From: Haliotis rubra
Lineage: Eukaryota
Length of the DNA stretch: 64,000 nucleotides
NCBI RefSeq assembly: GCF_003918875.1
Contig: NW_025767146.1
Span: 1,922,001 to 1,986,000, forward strand
Reading direction: 5' to 3'
A program made the translations under genes and the position numbers. The first letter of the stretch is position 1. Each line of letters opens with the position of its first letter. This document shows, in pieces, positions 1 to 15,400 of the stretch. The notes under the pieces are model-generated. The model did no database searches. It saw only the letters and a list, made by a program, of their open reading frames with translations, and was not told the DNA's origin.

Positions 1-1309
1 AACAAACTATAATCTCATTAATTCTAACAGATTTTTTTGTTTTTAAAAATGGCGGCGCCCTGTCGGGAACATCCGCCAGTCTGAGGATAAATGGTATTTA
101 GGTTTGTTTTCACCGAGTTACAAAATCAAAACTACTTTCTACTGGTAGTAAAATATGTATTTTATTGATGGCCAATAGGATTTTGCATGACATAGCGTAT
201 AACATAACAATTTCTCTCGTGGCAGCGAGGTGGGTGTCAATATAATACTACTTACAATATTATTGTTACTTCGACCACAACCTCACTTCCGAGAAAGAAA
301 TCGTTATGTTACAAGTTGTGTCATAGAAAATCTTTATGGTCATCAATCATATGCATATTTTACTACAACTAGTAAGTAGTTTTGATTCTTTAACTTCCGT
401 GAAGCGATTTGAACACAAGTAAGATATCGTTTCAGGCTTCCACAACGCTCGCTTCGCACTCACAAACATAACCCATTTAGCACGAACTGCGGGGACCTGT
501 GGAAATCTGTGCATGGGGACACCATCGCCCGACCCCTAGGAGCAATTGACGACAAAGCAACGATTCGGCATGTCGTCGTTGATGTCGAGAAATCATCAAA
601 ATGATGAGCGTGCTACACATTTTCTATACAACTAACTGAAAATCGTTCCTCATATGACGTCACTGCAGTGCTCTGGCGACAGAGTTACGTAACCTGTCTG
701 TGGTTTCGTTGGCGGGCGAGAGGGAAGCAGGCGACTTTTTGGCCACTTTCAATCGCTCGGTATTAATTAACCACAAGTTTTTAAAGAATAAATTTGGTGT
801 TCCGCATAAGACTAACCACAAATCTTTCATATGTAATGGTTAAAAGAGTAACAAAAAACAAAGTTTAGTGGTTCTTTAACTTTTTCAGTACAGATTTGTT
901 CTTACTTCTAAATAGACTAGCAAGTTTTAACACGTTTGGATGAACATGAAAGTATGGCGACAAGAGTTGTTTTCTATATTCGCTAAAGTAATCGCAACAT
1001 AAAAGTGCACGGTATTCATCACCAACGCGGAACTCCATTCCATTATTTCAACTGGTAATCTGTGACATAATGTCCGAAACTGAATAAGTGGATACCACTG
1101 GCTTTTAGGAAGCTTACTAAAATACAGTTATCAAAAGTGCTCGGACCTATGAAATATACACGAGGCAGCAGCACAGACACACGCCGGTCAGTTGCCACAC
1201 GAAGCTGATCCCATCTAAACTCAGCGTAATACAGACAAAGATGCTCTAACAGATACGGCCGAGGTAACTAAACGCCAGAGGGATTTTAACATTAGATGAA
1301 CCTAGTCAC

Positions 1310-4262
1310 AGTAGGTACATACCGCGACTGCAGGTAAACTAGGATTGTAGGCATACCGCGACTGTAGGTAAACTAGGATTGTAGACATACCGCGACTGCA
1401 GGTAAACCAGGATTGTAGGCATCGTCCGGCTGTAGGTAAAGTAGGATTGTAGACATACCGCGACTGTAGGTAAACCAGGATTGTAGGCATACCGCGACGC
1501 GACTGTTGTAGGTAAACCAGGATTGTAGGCATACCGCGACTTGTAGGCATACCGCTGCAGGTAAACTAGGATTGTAGGCATACCGCGACTGTAGGTAAAC
1601 TAGGATTGTAAGCATACCGCGACTGCAGCAGGTAATACCAGGATTGTAGGCATACCGCGACTGTCCGGACTGTAGGTAAAGGATTGTAGGCATACCGCGA
1701 CTGTAAACCAGGATTGTAGGCATACCGCGACTGTAGGTAAACTAGGATTGTAGACATACCGCGACTGTAGGTAAACCAGGATTGTAGGCATACCGCGACT
1801 GCAGGTAAACTAGGATTGTAGGCATACCGCGACTGTAGGTAAACTAGGATTGTAGGCATACCGCGACTGTAGGTAAACTAGGATTGTAGGCATCGTCCGG
1901 CTGTAGGTAAACTAGGATTGTAGACATACCGCGACTGTAGGTAAACTAGGATTGTAGGCATACCGCGACTGCAGGTAAACCAGGATTGTAGGCATACCGC
2001 GACTGCAGGTAAACTAGGATTGTAGGCATACCGCGACTGTAGGTAAACTAGGATTGTAGGCATCGTCCGGCTGTAGATAAACTAGGATTGTAGACATACC
2101 GCGACTGTAGGTAAACTATGATTGTAGGCATACCGCCACTGCAGGTAAACCAGGATTGTAGGCATACCGCGACTGTAGGTAAACCAGGATTGTAGGCATA
2201 CCGCGACTGTAGGTAAACTAGGATTATAAGCATACCGCGACTGCAGGTAAACTAGGATTGTAGGCATCGTCCGGCTGTAGATAAACTAGGATTGTAGACA
2301 TACCGCGACTGTAGGTACACTAGGATTGTAGGCATGCCGCCACTGCAGGTAAACTAGGATTGTAGGCATACCGCGACTGTAGGTAAACCAGGATTGTAGG
2401 CATACCGCGACTGTAGGCTAACCAGGATTATAAGCATAGCACGACTGCAGGTAAACTAGGATTATTGTAGGCATCGTCCGGCTGTAGGTAAACTAGGATT
2501 GTAGACATACCGCGACTGTAGGTAAACTAGGATTGTAGGCATACCGCGACTGTAGGTAAACCAGCATTGTAGGCATACCGCAACTGTAGGTAAACTAGGA
2601 TTGTAGGCATACCGCGACTGCAGGTAAACTAGGATTATAAGCATAGCACGACTGCAGGTAAACTAGGATTGTAGGCATCGTCCGTCTGTAGGTAAAGTAG
2701 GATTGTAGACATACCGCGACTGCAGGTAAACTAGGATTGTAGGCATCGTCCGGCTGTAGGTAAACCAGGATTGTAGGCATACCGCGACTGTAGGTAAACT
2801 GGGATTGGAGACATACCGCGACTGCAGGTAAACCAGGATTGTAGGCATACCGGGACTGCAGGTAAACCAGGATTGTGGACATACCGCGACTGTAGGTATA
2901 CTAGGATTAGAAGCATAGCACGACTGTAGGTAAACTAGGATTGCAGATATCGTATGACTGCAGGTAAACTAGGATTGAAGGCATACCGCGACTGTAGGTA
3001 AACTAGGATTGTAGGCATACCGGTAGGTAAACTAGGATTGTAGATATCGTATGACTGCAGGTAAACTAGGATTGTAAACACCGCGACTGTAGGTAAACTA
3101 GGATTGTAGGCATACCGCGACTGTGTAGGTAAACTAGGATTGTAGGCATACCGCGACTGTAGGTACAGGTAAACTGCAGGATTTGTAAGCATCGTCCGGC
3201 TGTAGGTAAAGTAGGATTGTAGGCATACCGCGACTGTAGGTAAACTAGGATTGTAGACATACCGCGACTGTAGGAAATCCAGGGTTGTAAGCATACCGCG
3301 ACTGCAGGTAAACCAGGATTGTAGACATACCGCGACTGTAGGTAAACTAGGATTGTAGACATACCGCGACTGTAGGTAATCCAGGGTTGTAAGCATACCG
3401 CGACTGCAGGTAATCCAGGGTTGTAAGCATACCGCGACTGCAGGTAAACCAGGACTGTAGGCATAACGCGACTGTAGGTAAACAAGGATTAGAAGCAAAG
3501 CACGACTGCAGGTAAACTAGGATTGTAGATATCGTATGACTGTAGGTAAACTAGGATTGAAGGCATACCGCGACTGCAGGTAAACCAGGATTGTAGGCAT
3601 ACCGCGACTGTAGGTAAGCTAGGATTGTAGGCATACCGCGACTGTAGGTAAACTAGGATTGTAGATATCGTATGACTGTAGGTAAACTAGGATTGTAAAC
3701 ATCGTTCGGCTGTAGGTAAACTAGGATTGTAGATATCGTATGACTGTGGGTAAACTAGGATTGTAAACATCGTGCGACTGTAGGTAAACTAGGATTGTAG
3801 GCATACCGCGACTGTAGGTAAACTAGGATTATAGATATCGTATGACTGTAGGTAAACTAGGATTGTAAACATCGTTCGGCTGTAGGTAAACTAGGATTGT
3901 AGATATCGTATGACTGTGGGTAAACTAGGATTGTAAACATCGTGCGGCTGTGGGTACACTAGGATTGTAGGCATACCGTGACTGTAGGTAAACTAGGATT
4001 GTAGATATCGTATGACTGCAGGTAAACTAGGATTGTAAACATCGTTCAGCTGTAGGTAAACTAGGATTGTAGATATCGTATGGCTGTAGGTAAACTAGGA
4101 TTGTAAACATCGTTCGGCTGTAGGTAAACTAGGATTGTAGATATCGTTCGGCTGTAGGTAAACTAGGATTGTAGATATCGTATGACTGTAGGTATACTAG
4201 GATTGTAAACATCGTGCCGCTGTAGGTAAACAAGGATTGTAGAGATAGCGCGACTGTAGCTA
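1310..4262. repeat. 34-bp minisatellite array (consensus CTGTAGGTAAACTAGGATTGTAGGCATACCGCGA), about 85 copies with variant units
   Basis: Directly visible tandem periodicity. The ORFs here (MPTILVYLQSRYAYNP...) are repeat read-throughs. Confidence 0.95.
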
Positions 4263-5084
4263 ACTTGGATTGTAAGCGTAAGGTGTGTCTGTTGACACAT
4301 GTGGGCACACAAGGAACAGAGGTGCATATGACTGCCTTATGAAAGCCTTATGAATGACGTCACGCTCATTCCCATTATGTTGTTTACTGTCCGATTTTAT
4401 TTTACAAAATCCCTGAATTTATAAAATGTGTCAGAAAAAATGTCCCAACAATGAGAGGGAGACAATGAAAACAGCATGTACGTGCGGAATGCTGCCTGAC
4501 CTGCACCTCGCCCTGCACCTCGCCCGCAACAGTTGATCTCAGCCAACATGTCGCTTTGTTCTGGATGCGTCTCTGTCGTGGTACGTGTCGATGTCAAAGC
4601 TGAAACAATGTTAACATGTCAGTCCTTAGAAGTACTCAGTGTGAAACCAACAAACACCTCAGATATGATTAAGCGTATTCTTAAATTAACTAAGCTTACA
4701 AATCAATACAAACCACTACACAGGCTGTGCAATAACTTCCAGATTAGACTGGCAGTACAAATAGAATAGCATTATAATATATAAACAGTGATTTGGGCAA
4801 TAAACACAGTGATTATTTCATTCGTCTCGTTGCAAACTTGACAAGCTTCAAAATCAGCCCCACGCTGGGAAACTATGTTGCCATTGATGTCAAGCAATGT
4901 TTATTGAACTTTTACAAAAACTAATTACTTGATGCATAATATAAACCTTTGTTTATGTCAAACATCAACTTACCAGTCGGTTGTGTTCATGAACGTCTAA
5001 ATGTCTTTTGTTCGTTATAACGCTGATGTCGGATGTAACAGCCCAATCATTTTCGTGTCATTGATGTTTCTCTGCCCCGACTCC

Positions 5085-5268
5085 GCAATACTCCAGCTAT
5101 ATGGCGGCCGGTCAGACAATCCAGTGATTCACATCATGAGCATCGATCTACGCAGCTGTTGACACGATAACATGAGTCAACCAAGACAGCGAGCCTGACC
5201 AGTTAGTCGCCTCTTACGACAAGCATGGGTTGCTGAAGATCACTTCCAACCCGCATATTCAGGGGTTC
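5085..5268 (-). mobile_element. Dispersed SINE-like repeat fragment (second copy at about 49905-50126)
   Basis: Shares blocks GCAATAyTCCAGCTATATGGCGGC, CAGACAATCCAGTG, GTCAACCAAGwCAGCGAGCCTGACCA and ACGACAAGCATGGGTTGCTGAAGA with 49905-50126. Strand is inferred from similarity of the GCAATATTCCAGC end to the SINE at 43621. Confidence 0.7.
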
Positions 5269-6421
5269 AAAATAAATGAGCATGTATGGGATATATATGG
5301 AAAATGAACGAGATACCAAGTTTGGTGATTGGATTTTATGCGTTAACTTGTGCGTGATGCGTAAGGTGTAACATTTAAATAAGGATCACGCCCGAAAACT
5401 TGACTTCTCTAGCCAAGTTTGTATTGTAAGATCAAGGTTCAATAAAATAGAGTGTTTTCTCAAACTGCTATTTGTTTAAACTATCAACTTGGAGAACGTG
5501 GACAAGGTTTTTACCACTTTACATGAAATATGTTATCAATTGGAAGTTATGAAATGAGGGAATACTAGATCCAGAAGCCCAGTTTCCAGTTTCTTCAACC
5601 TGTGAAGGGTCAGCTCGATAACGCACATTGGTCATATCCCTGGCCAGTAAATCCTTTTGTGCCGGCCAGATAGAACACGACCAACACACTATAGGCGTGA
5701 TACCTTTATCTGTATCTAGGTTTATCATGCACGCTTATCAAACCGCACATACACTAATAATCTCAATGTATATTCACTCAGGAAAGATACGCTACTATCT
5801 TGTATCATGTTGAATCTTATCTGTATGCTTACACCCTTGGCACTACCAGAGAGTTTTTGCAGTAACTGGAACATGTCATTGTGTGTTGTTGAGTAGTTGT
5901 CATACTACTGTCAATACATCATTAACCCTATCCCTGCTCAACTGTGCTATATAACATGTAATGTGTCTTGTGTCTAACTCAGTATGTATTGTGTTACAGT
6001 CTGTCTCCAAGGCAATTGGGGATAAAATTAAAGGGAGACCACTCAAGTCTAGAATGCTGTCAAGTCTAGATTGCCTCAGCACTATAGGATGGAAGCTGGA
6101 GCTTTGTTGAAATGTAGAATTATTCTGCTCTACCTTTGGACTTTATGTTTTTCCTGAAGATATGTAGTTCCAAATAAGATAACCTTAAATTTGTTTCTGA
6201 GACTAAATGTCTGTCTACGTGTGTGAATGCCCTCTCGGGTAATGCTTTATTTAGAGTGTGTTGGGCATATCATATTTAGTCCTACATTAAATCCCGTTTT
6301 ACTTTGTTCACCGTGCAATATATCTTGTGACTAACATAGTATATGCTTTGTGTAATCCTTCTATATCATATTCATCTCATGTTCTTCATATATTTGAATA
6401 AGTAATGGTAAACTTGCTATT

Positions 6422-9400
6422 GTTGACTGATGAAACCAGTGTCCGTGGCTGACTGATACACTGTAAATCACGCAGGTCTTGCAGTGTGTGTGTTGACTGA
6501 TGAAACCAGTGTCCGTGGCTGACTGATACACTGTAAATCACGCAGGTCTTGCAGTGTGTGTGTTGACTGATGAAACCAGTGTCCGTGGCTGACTGATACA
6601 CTGTAAATCACGCAGGTCTTGCAGTGTGTGTGTAGACTGATGAAACCAGTGTCTGTGGCTGACTGATACACTGTAAATCACGCAGGTCTTGCAGTGTGTG
6701 TGTTGACTGATGAAACCAGTGTCTGTGGCTGACTGATACACTGTAAATCACGCAGGTCTTGCAGTGTGTGTTGACTGATGAAACCAGTGTCTGTGGCTGA
6801 CTGATACACTGTAAATCACGCAGGTCTTGCAGTGTGTGTGTTGACTGATGAAACCAGTGTCCGTGGCTGACTGATACACTGTAAATCACGCAGGTCTTGC
6901 AGTGTGTGTGTAGACTGATGAAACCAGTGTCCGTGGCTGACTGATACACTGTAAATCACGCAGGTCTTGCAGTGTGTGTGTTGACTGATGAAACCAGTGT
7001 CCGTGGCTGACTGATACACTGTAAATCAGGTCTTGCAGGTGTGTGTTGACTTGAAACCAGTGTCTGTGTGACTGACTGAAATCACGCAGGTCTTGCAACT
7101 GATGAAACCAGTGTCTGTGGCTGACTGATACACTGTAAATCACGCAGGTCTTGCAGTGTGTGTGTTGACTGATGAAACCAGTGTCTGTGGCTGACTGATA
7201 CACTGTAAATCACGCAGGTCTTGCAGTGTGTGTGTTGACTGATGAAACCAGTGTCCGTGGCTGACTGATACACTGTAAATCACGCAGGTCTTGCAGGGTG
7301 TGTGTTGACTGATGAAACCAGTGTCTGTGGCTGACTGATACACTGTAAATCACGCAGGTCTTGCAGTGTGTGTGTTGACTGATGAAACCAGTGTCTGTGG
7401 CTGACTGATACACTGTAAATCACGCAGGTCTTGCAGTGTGTGTGTTGACTGATGAAACCAGTGTCTGTGGCTGACTGATACACTGTAAATCACGCAGGTC
7501 TTGCAGTGTGTGTGTTGACTGATGAAACCAGTGTCCGTGGCTGACTGATACACTGTAAATCACGCAGGTCTTGCAGTGTGTGTGTGTTGACTGATGAAAC
7601 CAGTGTCTGTGGCTGACTGATACACTGTAAATCACGCAGGTCTTGCAGTGTGTGTGTTGACTGATGAAACCAGTGTCTGTGGCTGACTGATACACTGTAA
7701 ATCACGCAGGTCTTGCAGTGTGTGTGTTGACTGATGAAACCAGTGTCCGTGGCTGACTGATACACTGTAAATCACGCAGGTCTTGCAGTGTGTGTGTTGA
7801 CTGATGAAACCAGTGTCTGTGGCTGACTGATACACTGTAAATCACGCAGGTCTTGCAGTGTGTGTGTTGACTGATGAAACCAGTGTCTGTGGCTGACTGA
7901 TACACAGTAAATCACGCAGGTCTTGCAGGGTGTGTGTTGACTGATGAAACCAGTGTCTGTGGCTGACTGATACACTGTAAATCACGCAGGTCTTGCAGTG
8001 TGTGTGTTGACTGATGAAACCAGTGTCCGTGGCTGACTGATACACTGTAAATCACGCAGGTCTTGCAGTGTGTGTGTAGACTGATGAAACCAGTGTCCGT
8101 GGCTGACTGATACACTGTAAATCACGCAGGTCTTGCAGTGTGTGTGTTGACTGATGAAACCAGTGTCCGTGGCTGACTGATACACTGTAAATCACGCAGG
8201 TCTTGCAGTGTGTGTGTAGACTGATGAAACCAGTGTCTGTGGCTGACTGATACACTGTAAATCACGCAGGTCTTGCAGTGTGTGTGTTGACTGATGAAAC
8301 CAGTGTCTGTGGCTGACTGATACACTGTAAATCACGCAGGTCTTGCAGTGTGTGTGTTGACTGATGAAACCAGTGTCCGTGGCTGACTGATACACTGTAA
8401 ATCACGCAGGTCTTGCAGTGTGTGTGTTGACTGATGAAACCAGTGTCTGTGGCTGACTGATACACTGTAAATCACGCAGGTCTTGCAGTGTGTGTGTTGA
8501 CTGATGAAACCAGTGTCTGTGGCTGACTGATACACTGTAAATCACGCAGGTCTTGCAGTGTGTGTGTTGACTGATGAAACCAGTGTCTGTGGCTGACTGA
8601 TACACTGTAAATCACGCAGGTCTTGCAGTGTGTGTGTTGACTGATGAAACCAGTGTCCGTGGCTGACTGATACACTGTAAATCACGCAGGTCTTGCAGTG
8701 TGTGTGTTGACTGATGAAACCAGTGTCTGTGGCTGACTGATACACTGTAAATCACGCAGGTCTTGCAGTGTGTGTGTCACGCAGGTCTTGACTGATGAAA
8801 CCAGTGTCTGTGGCTGACTGATACACTGTAAATCACGCAGGTCTTGCAGTGTGTGTGTTGACTGATGAAACCAGTGTCTGTGGCTGACTGATACACTGTA
8901 AATCACGCAGGTCTTGCAGTGTGTGTGTTGACTGATGAAACCAGTGTCTGTGGCTGACTGATACACTGTAAATCACGCAGTGTGTTGACTGATGAAACCA
9001 GTGTCTGTGGCTGACTGATACACTGTAAATCACGCAGGTCTTGCAGTGTGTGTGTTGACTGATGAAACCAGTGTCTGTGGCTGACTGATACACTGTAAAT
9101 CACGCAGGTCTTGCAGTGTGTGTGTTGACTGATGAAACCAGTGTCTGTGGCTGACTGATACACTGTAAATCACGCAGGTCTTGCAGTGTGTGTGTTGACT
9201 GATGAAACCAGTGTCCGTGGCTGACTGATACACTGTAAATCACGCAGGTCTTGCAGTGTGTGTGTTGACTGATGAAACCAGTGTCTGTGGCTGACTGATA
9301 CACTGTAAATCACGCAGGTCTTGCAGTGTGTGTGTTGACTGATGAAACCAGTGTCTGTGGCTGACTGATACACTGTAAATCACGCAGGTCTTGCAGTGTG

Positions 9401-12400
9401 CAGATGAAACCAGTGTCCGTGGCTGTGATACACCGGTAAATCACGCAGGTGCAGGGTGTGTGTTTGACTGATGAAACCAGTGTCTGTGGCTGACTGATAC
9501 ACTGTAAATCACGCAGGTCTTGCAGTGTGTGTGTTGACTGATGAAACCAGTGTCTGTGGCTGACTGATACACTGTAAATCACGCAGGTCTTGCAGTGTGT
9601 GTTGACTGATGAAACCAGTGTCCGTGGCTGACTGATACACTGTAAATCACGCAGGTCTTGCAGTGTGTGTGTTGACTGATGAAACCAGTGTCCGTGGCTG
9701 ACTGATACACTGTAAATCACGCAGGTCTTGCAGTGTGTGTGTTGACTGATGAAACCAGTGTCTGTGGCTGACTGATACACTGTAAATCACGCAGGTCTTG
9801 CAGTGTGTGTTGACTGATGAAACCAGTGTCTGTGGCTGACTGATACACTGTAAATCACGCAGGTCTTGCAGTGTGTGTGTTGACTGATGAAACCAGTGTC
9901 TGTGGCTGACTGATACACTGTAAATCACGCAGGTCTTGCAGTGTGTGTGTTGACTGATGAAACCAGTGTCCGTGGCTGACTGATACACTGTAAATCACGC
10001 AGGTCTTGCAGTGTGTGTGTTGACTGATGAAACCAGTGTCCGTGGCTGACTGATACACTGTAAATCACGCAGGTCTTGCAGTGTGTGTGTTGACTGATGA
10101 AACCAGTGTCTGTGGCTGACTGATACACTGTAAATCACGCAGGTCTTGCAGTGTGTGTGTTGACTGATGAAACCAGTGTCTGTGGCTGACTGATACACTG
10201 TAAATCACGCAGGTCTTGCAGTGTGTGTGTTGACTGATGAAACCAGTGTCTGTGGCTGACTGATACACTGTAAATCACGCAGGTCTTGCAGTGTGTGTGT
10301 TGACTGATGAAACCAGTGTCTGTGGCTGACTGATACACTGTAAATCACGCAGGTCTTGCAGTGTGTGTGTTGACTGATGAAACCAGTGTCTGTGGCTGAC
10401 TGATACACTGTAAATCACGCAGGTCTTGCAGTGTGTGTTGACTGATGAAACCAGTGTCTGTGGCTGACTGATACACTGTAAATCACGCAGGTCTTGCAGT
10501 GTGTGTGTTGACTGATGAAACCAGTGTCCGTGGCTGACTGATACACTGTAAATCACGCAGGTCTTGCAGTGTGTGTGTTGACTGATGAAACCAGTGTCCG
10601 TGGCTGACTGATACACTGTAAATCACGCAGGTCTTGCAGTGTGTGTGTTGACTGATGAAACCAGTGTCTGTGGCTGACTGATACACTGTAAATCACGCAG
10701 GTCTTGCAGTGTGTGTGTTGACTGATGAAACCAGTGTCTGTGGCTGACTGATACACTGTAAATCACGCAGGTCTTGCAGTGTGTGTGTGTGACTGATGAA
10801 ACCAGTGTCCGTGGCTGACTGATACACTGTAAATCACGCAGGTCTTGCAGTGTGTGTGTTGACTGATGAAACCAGTGTCTGTGGCTGACTGATACACTGT
10901 AAATCACGCAGGTCTTGCAGTGTGTGTGTTGACTGATGAAACCAGTGTCTGTGGCTGACTGATACACTGTAAATCACGCAGGTCTTGCAGTGTGTGTGTT
11001 GACTGATGAAACCAGTGTCTGTGGCTGACTGATACACTGTAAATCACGCAGGTCTTGCAGTGTGTGTGTTGACTGATGAAACCAGTGTCCGTGGCTGACT
11101 GATACACTGTAAATCACGCAGGTCTTGCAGTGTGTGTGTTGACTGATGAAACCAGTGTCTGTGGCTGACTGATACACTGTAAATCACGCAGGTCTTGCAG
11201 TGTGTGTGTTGACTGATGAAACCAGTGTCTGTGGCTGACTGATACACTGTAAATCACGCAGGTCTTGCAGTGTGTGTGTTGACTGATGAAACCAGTGTCT
11301 GTGGCTGACTGATACACTGTAAATCACGCAGGTCTTGCAGGGTGTGTGTTGACTGATGAAACCAGTGTCTGTGGCTGACTGATACACTGTAAATCACGCA
11401 GGTCTTGCAGTGTGTGTGTTGACTGATGAAACCAGTGTCTGTGGCTGACTGATACACTGTAAATCACGCAGGTCTTGCAGTGTGTGTTGACTGATGAAAC
11501 CAGTGTCTGTGGCTGACTGATACACTGTAAATCACGCAGGTCTTGCAGTGTGTGTGTTGACTGATGAAACCAGTGTCTGTGGCTGACTGATACACTGTAA
11601 ATCACGCAGGTCTTGCAGTGTGTGTGTTGACTGATGAAACCAGTGTCCGTGGCTGACTGATACACTGTAAATCACGCAGGTCTTGCAGTGTGTGTGTTGA
11701 CTGATGAAACCAGTGTCTGTGGCTGACTGATACACTGTAAATCACGCAGGTCTTGCAGTGTGTGTGTTGACTGATGAAACCAGTGTCCGTGGCTGACTGA
11801 TACACTGTAAATCACGCAGGTCTTGCAGTGTGTGTGTTGACTGATGAAACCAGTGTCTGTGGCTGACTGATACACTGTAAATCACGCAGGTCTTGCAGTG
11901 TGTGTTGACTGATGAAACCAGTGTCCGTGGCTGACTGATACACTGTAAATCACGCAGGTCTTGCAGTGTGTGTGTTGACTGATGAAACCAGTGTCTGTGG
12001 CTGACTGATACACTGTAAATCACGCAGGTCTTGCAGTGTGTGTTGACTGATGAAACCAGTGTCTGTGGCTGACTGATACACTGTAAATCACGCAGGTCTT
12101 GCAGGTGAAACCAGTGTCTGTGGCTGACTGATACACTGTAAATCACGCAGGTCTTGCAGTGTGTGACTGATGAAACCAGTGTCCGTGGCTGACTGATACA
12201 CTGTAAATCACGCAGGTCTTGCAGTGTGTGTGTGTGACTGATGAAACCAGTGTCTGTGGCTGACTGATACACTGTAAATCACGCAGGTCTTGCAGTGTGT
12301 GTGTTGACTGATGAAACCAGTGTCTGTGGCTGACTGATACACTGTAAATCACGCAGGTCTTGCAGTGTGTGTGTTGACTGATGAAACCAGTGTCTGTGGC

Positions 12401-15400
12401 TGACTGATACACTGTAAATCACGCAGGTCTTGCTGATGAAACCAGTGTGTGGCTGACTGATGTAAATCACGCAGGTCTTGCAGGGTGTGTGTTGACTGAT
12501 GAAACCAGTGTCTGTGGCTGACTGATACACTGTAAATCACGCAGGTCTTGCAGTGTGTGTGATGAAACCAGTGTCTGACTGATGAAACCAGTGTCTGTGG
12601 CTGACTGATACACTGTAAATCACGCAGGTCTTGCAGTGTGTGTGTTGACTGATGAAACCAGTGTCTGTGGCTGACTGATACACTGTAAATCACGCAGGTC
12701 TTGCAGTGTGTGTGTGACTGATGAAACCAGTGTCTGTGGCTGACTGATACACTGTAAATCACGCAGGTCTTGCAGTGTGTGTGTTGACTGATGAAACCAG
12801 TGTCCGTGGCTGACTGATACACTGTAAATCACGCAGGTCTTGCAGTGTGTGTTGACTGATGAAACCAGTGTCTGTGGCTGACTGATACACTGTAAATCAC
12901 GCAGGTCTTGCAGTGTGTGTGTTGACTGATGAAACCAGTGTCCGTGGCTGACTGATACACTGTAAATCACGCAGGTCTTGCAGTGTGTGTGTTGACTGAT
13001 GAAACCAGTGTCTGTGGCTGACTGATACACTGTAAATCACGCAGGTCTTGCAGGTGTGTGTGTTGACTGATGAAACCAGTGTCCGTGGCTGACTGATACA
13101 CTGTAAATCACGCAGGTCTTGCAGTGTGTGTGTTGACTGATGAAACCAGTGTCTGTGGCTGACTGATACACTGTAAATCACGCAGGTCTTGCAGTGTGTG
13201 TGTTGACTGATGAAACCAGTGTCTGTGGCTGACTGATACACTGTAAATCACGCAGGTCTTGCAGTGTGTGTGTTGACTGATGAAACCAGTGTCTGTGGCT
13301 GACTGATACACTGTAAATCACGCAGGTCTTGCAGTGTGTGTGTTGACTGATGAAACCAGTGTCTGTGGCTGACTGATACACTGTAAATCACGCAGGTCTT
13401 GCAGTGTGTGTGTTGACTGATGAAACCAGTGTCCGTGGCTGACTGATACACTGTAAATCACGCAGGTCTTGCAGTGTGTGTGTTGACTGATGAAACCAGT
13501 GTCCGTGGCTGACTGATACACTGTAAATCACGCAGGTCTTGCAGTGTGTGTGTTGACTGATGAAACCAGTGTCTGTGGCTGACTGATACACTGTAAATCA
13601 CGCAGGTCTTGCAGTGTGTGTGTTGACTGATGAAACCAGTGTCCGTGGCTGACTGATACACTGTAAATCACGCAGGTCTTGCAGTGTGTGTTGACTGATG
13701 AAACCAGTGTCTGTGGCTGACTGATACACTGTAAATCACGCAGGTCTTGCAGTGTGTGTGTTGACTGATGAAACCAGTGTCCGTGGCTGACTGATACACT
13801 GTAAATCACGCAGGTCTTGCAGGGTGTGTGTTGACTGATGAAACCAGTGTCTGTGGCTGACTGATACACTGTAAATCACGCAGGTCTTGCAGTGTGTGTG
13901 TTGACTGATGAAACCAGTGTCCGTGGCTGACTGATACACTGTAAATCACGCAGGTCTTGCAGGGTGTGTGTTGACTGATGAAACCAGTGTCCGTGGCTGA
14001 CTGATACACTGTAAATCACGCAGGTCTTGCAGTGTGTGTGTTGACTGATGAAACCAGTGTCCGTGGCTGACTGATACACTGTAAATCACGCAGGTCTTGC
14101 AGTGTGTGTTGTTGACTGATGAAACCAGTGTCTGTGGCTGACTGATACACTGTAAATCACGCAGGTCTTGCAGTGTGTGTGTTGACTGATGAAACCAGTG
14201 TCTGTGGCTGACTGATACACTGTAAATCACGCAGGTCTTGCAGTGTGTGTGTTGACTGATGAAACCAGTCTGTCGTGGCTGACTGATACACTGTAAATCA
14301 CGCAGGTCTTGCCGTGTGTGTGTTGACTGATGAAACCAGTGTCCGTGGCTGACTGATACACTGTAAATCACGCAGGTCTTGCAGGTGTGTGTTGACTGAT
14401 GAAACCAGTGTCTGTGGCTGACTGATACACTGTAAATCACGCAGGTCTTGCAGGTGTGTGTTGACTGATGAAACCAGTGTCTGTGGCTGACTGATACACT
14501 GTAAATCACGCAGGTCTTGCAGTGTGTGTGTTGACTGATGAAACCAGTGTCTGTGGCTGACTGATACACTGTAAATCACGCAGGTCTTGCAGTGTGTGTG
14601 TTGACTGATGAAACCAGTGTCCGTGGCTGACTGATACACTGTAAATCACGCAGGTCTTGCAGTGTGTGTGTTGACTGATGAAACCAGTGTCCGTGGCTGA
14701 CTGATACACTGTAAATCACGCAGGTCTTGCAGTGTGTGTGTTGACTGATGAAACCAGTGTCTGTGGCTGACTGATACACTGTAAATCACGCAGGTCTTGC
14801 AGTGTGTGTGTTGACTGATGAAACCAGTGTCCGTGGCTGACTGATACACTGTAAATCACGCAGGTCTCTTGCAGTGTGTGTTGACTGATGAAACCAGTGT
14901 CTGTGGCTGACTGATACACTGTAAATCACGCAGGTCTTGCAGTGTGTGTGTTGACTGATGAAACCAGTGTCCGTGGCTGACTGATACACAGTAAATCACG
15001 CAGGTCTTGCAGGGTGTGTGTTGACTGATGAAACCAGTGTCTGTGGCTGACTGATACACTGTAAATCACGCAGGTCTTGCAGTGTGTGTGTTGACTGATG
15101 AAACCAGTGTCCGTGGCTGACTGATACACAGTAAATCACGCAGGTCTTGCAGGGTGTGTGTTGACTGATGAAACCAGTGTCCGTGGCTGACTGATACACT
15201 GTAAATCACGCAGGTCTTGCAGTGTGTGTGTAGACTGATGAAACCAGTGTCCGTGGCTGACTGATACACTGTAAATCACGCAGGTCTTGCAGTGTGTGTG
15301 TTGACTGATGAAACCAGTGTCTGTGGCTGACTGATACACTGTAAATCACGCGGGTCTTGCAGTGTGTGTGTTGACTGATGAAACCAGTGTCTGTGGCTGA

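Noticed and set aside
6426-6495. Hammerhead ribozyme in the 70-bp unit (contains CTGATGA and GAAAC)
   Set aside because: The two boxes overlap rather than flank a stem II. The position after the available hairpin reads TAAA, not GAAA, and stems I and III cannot be formed convincingly.
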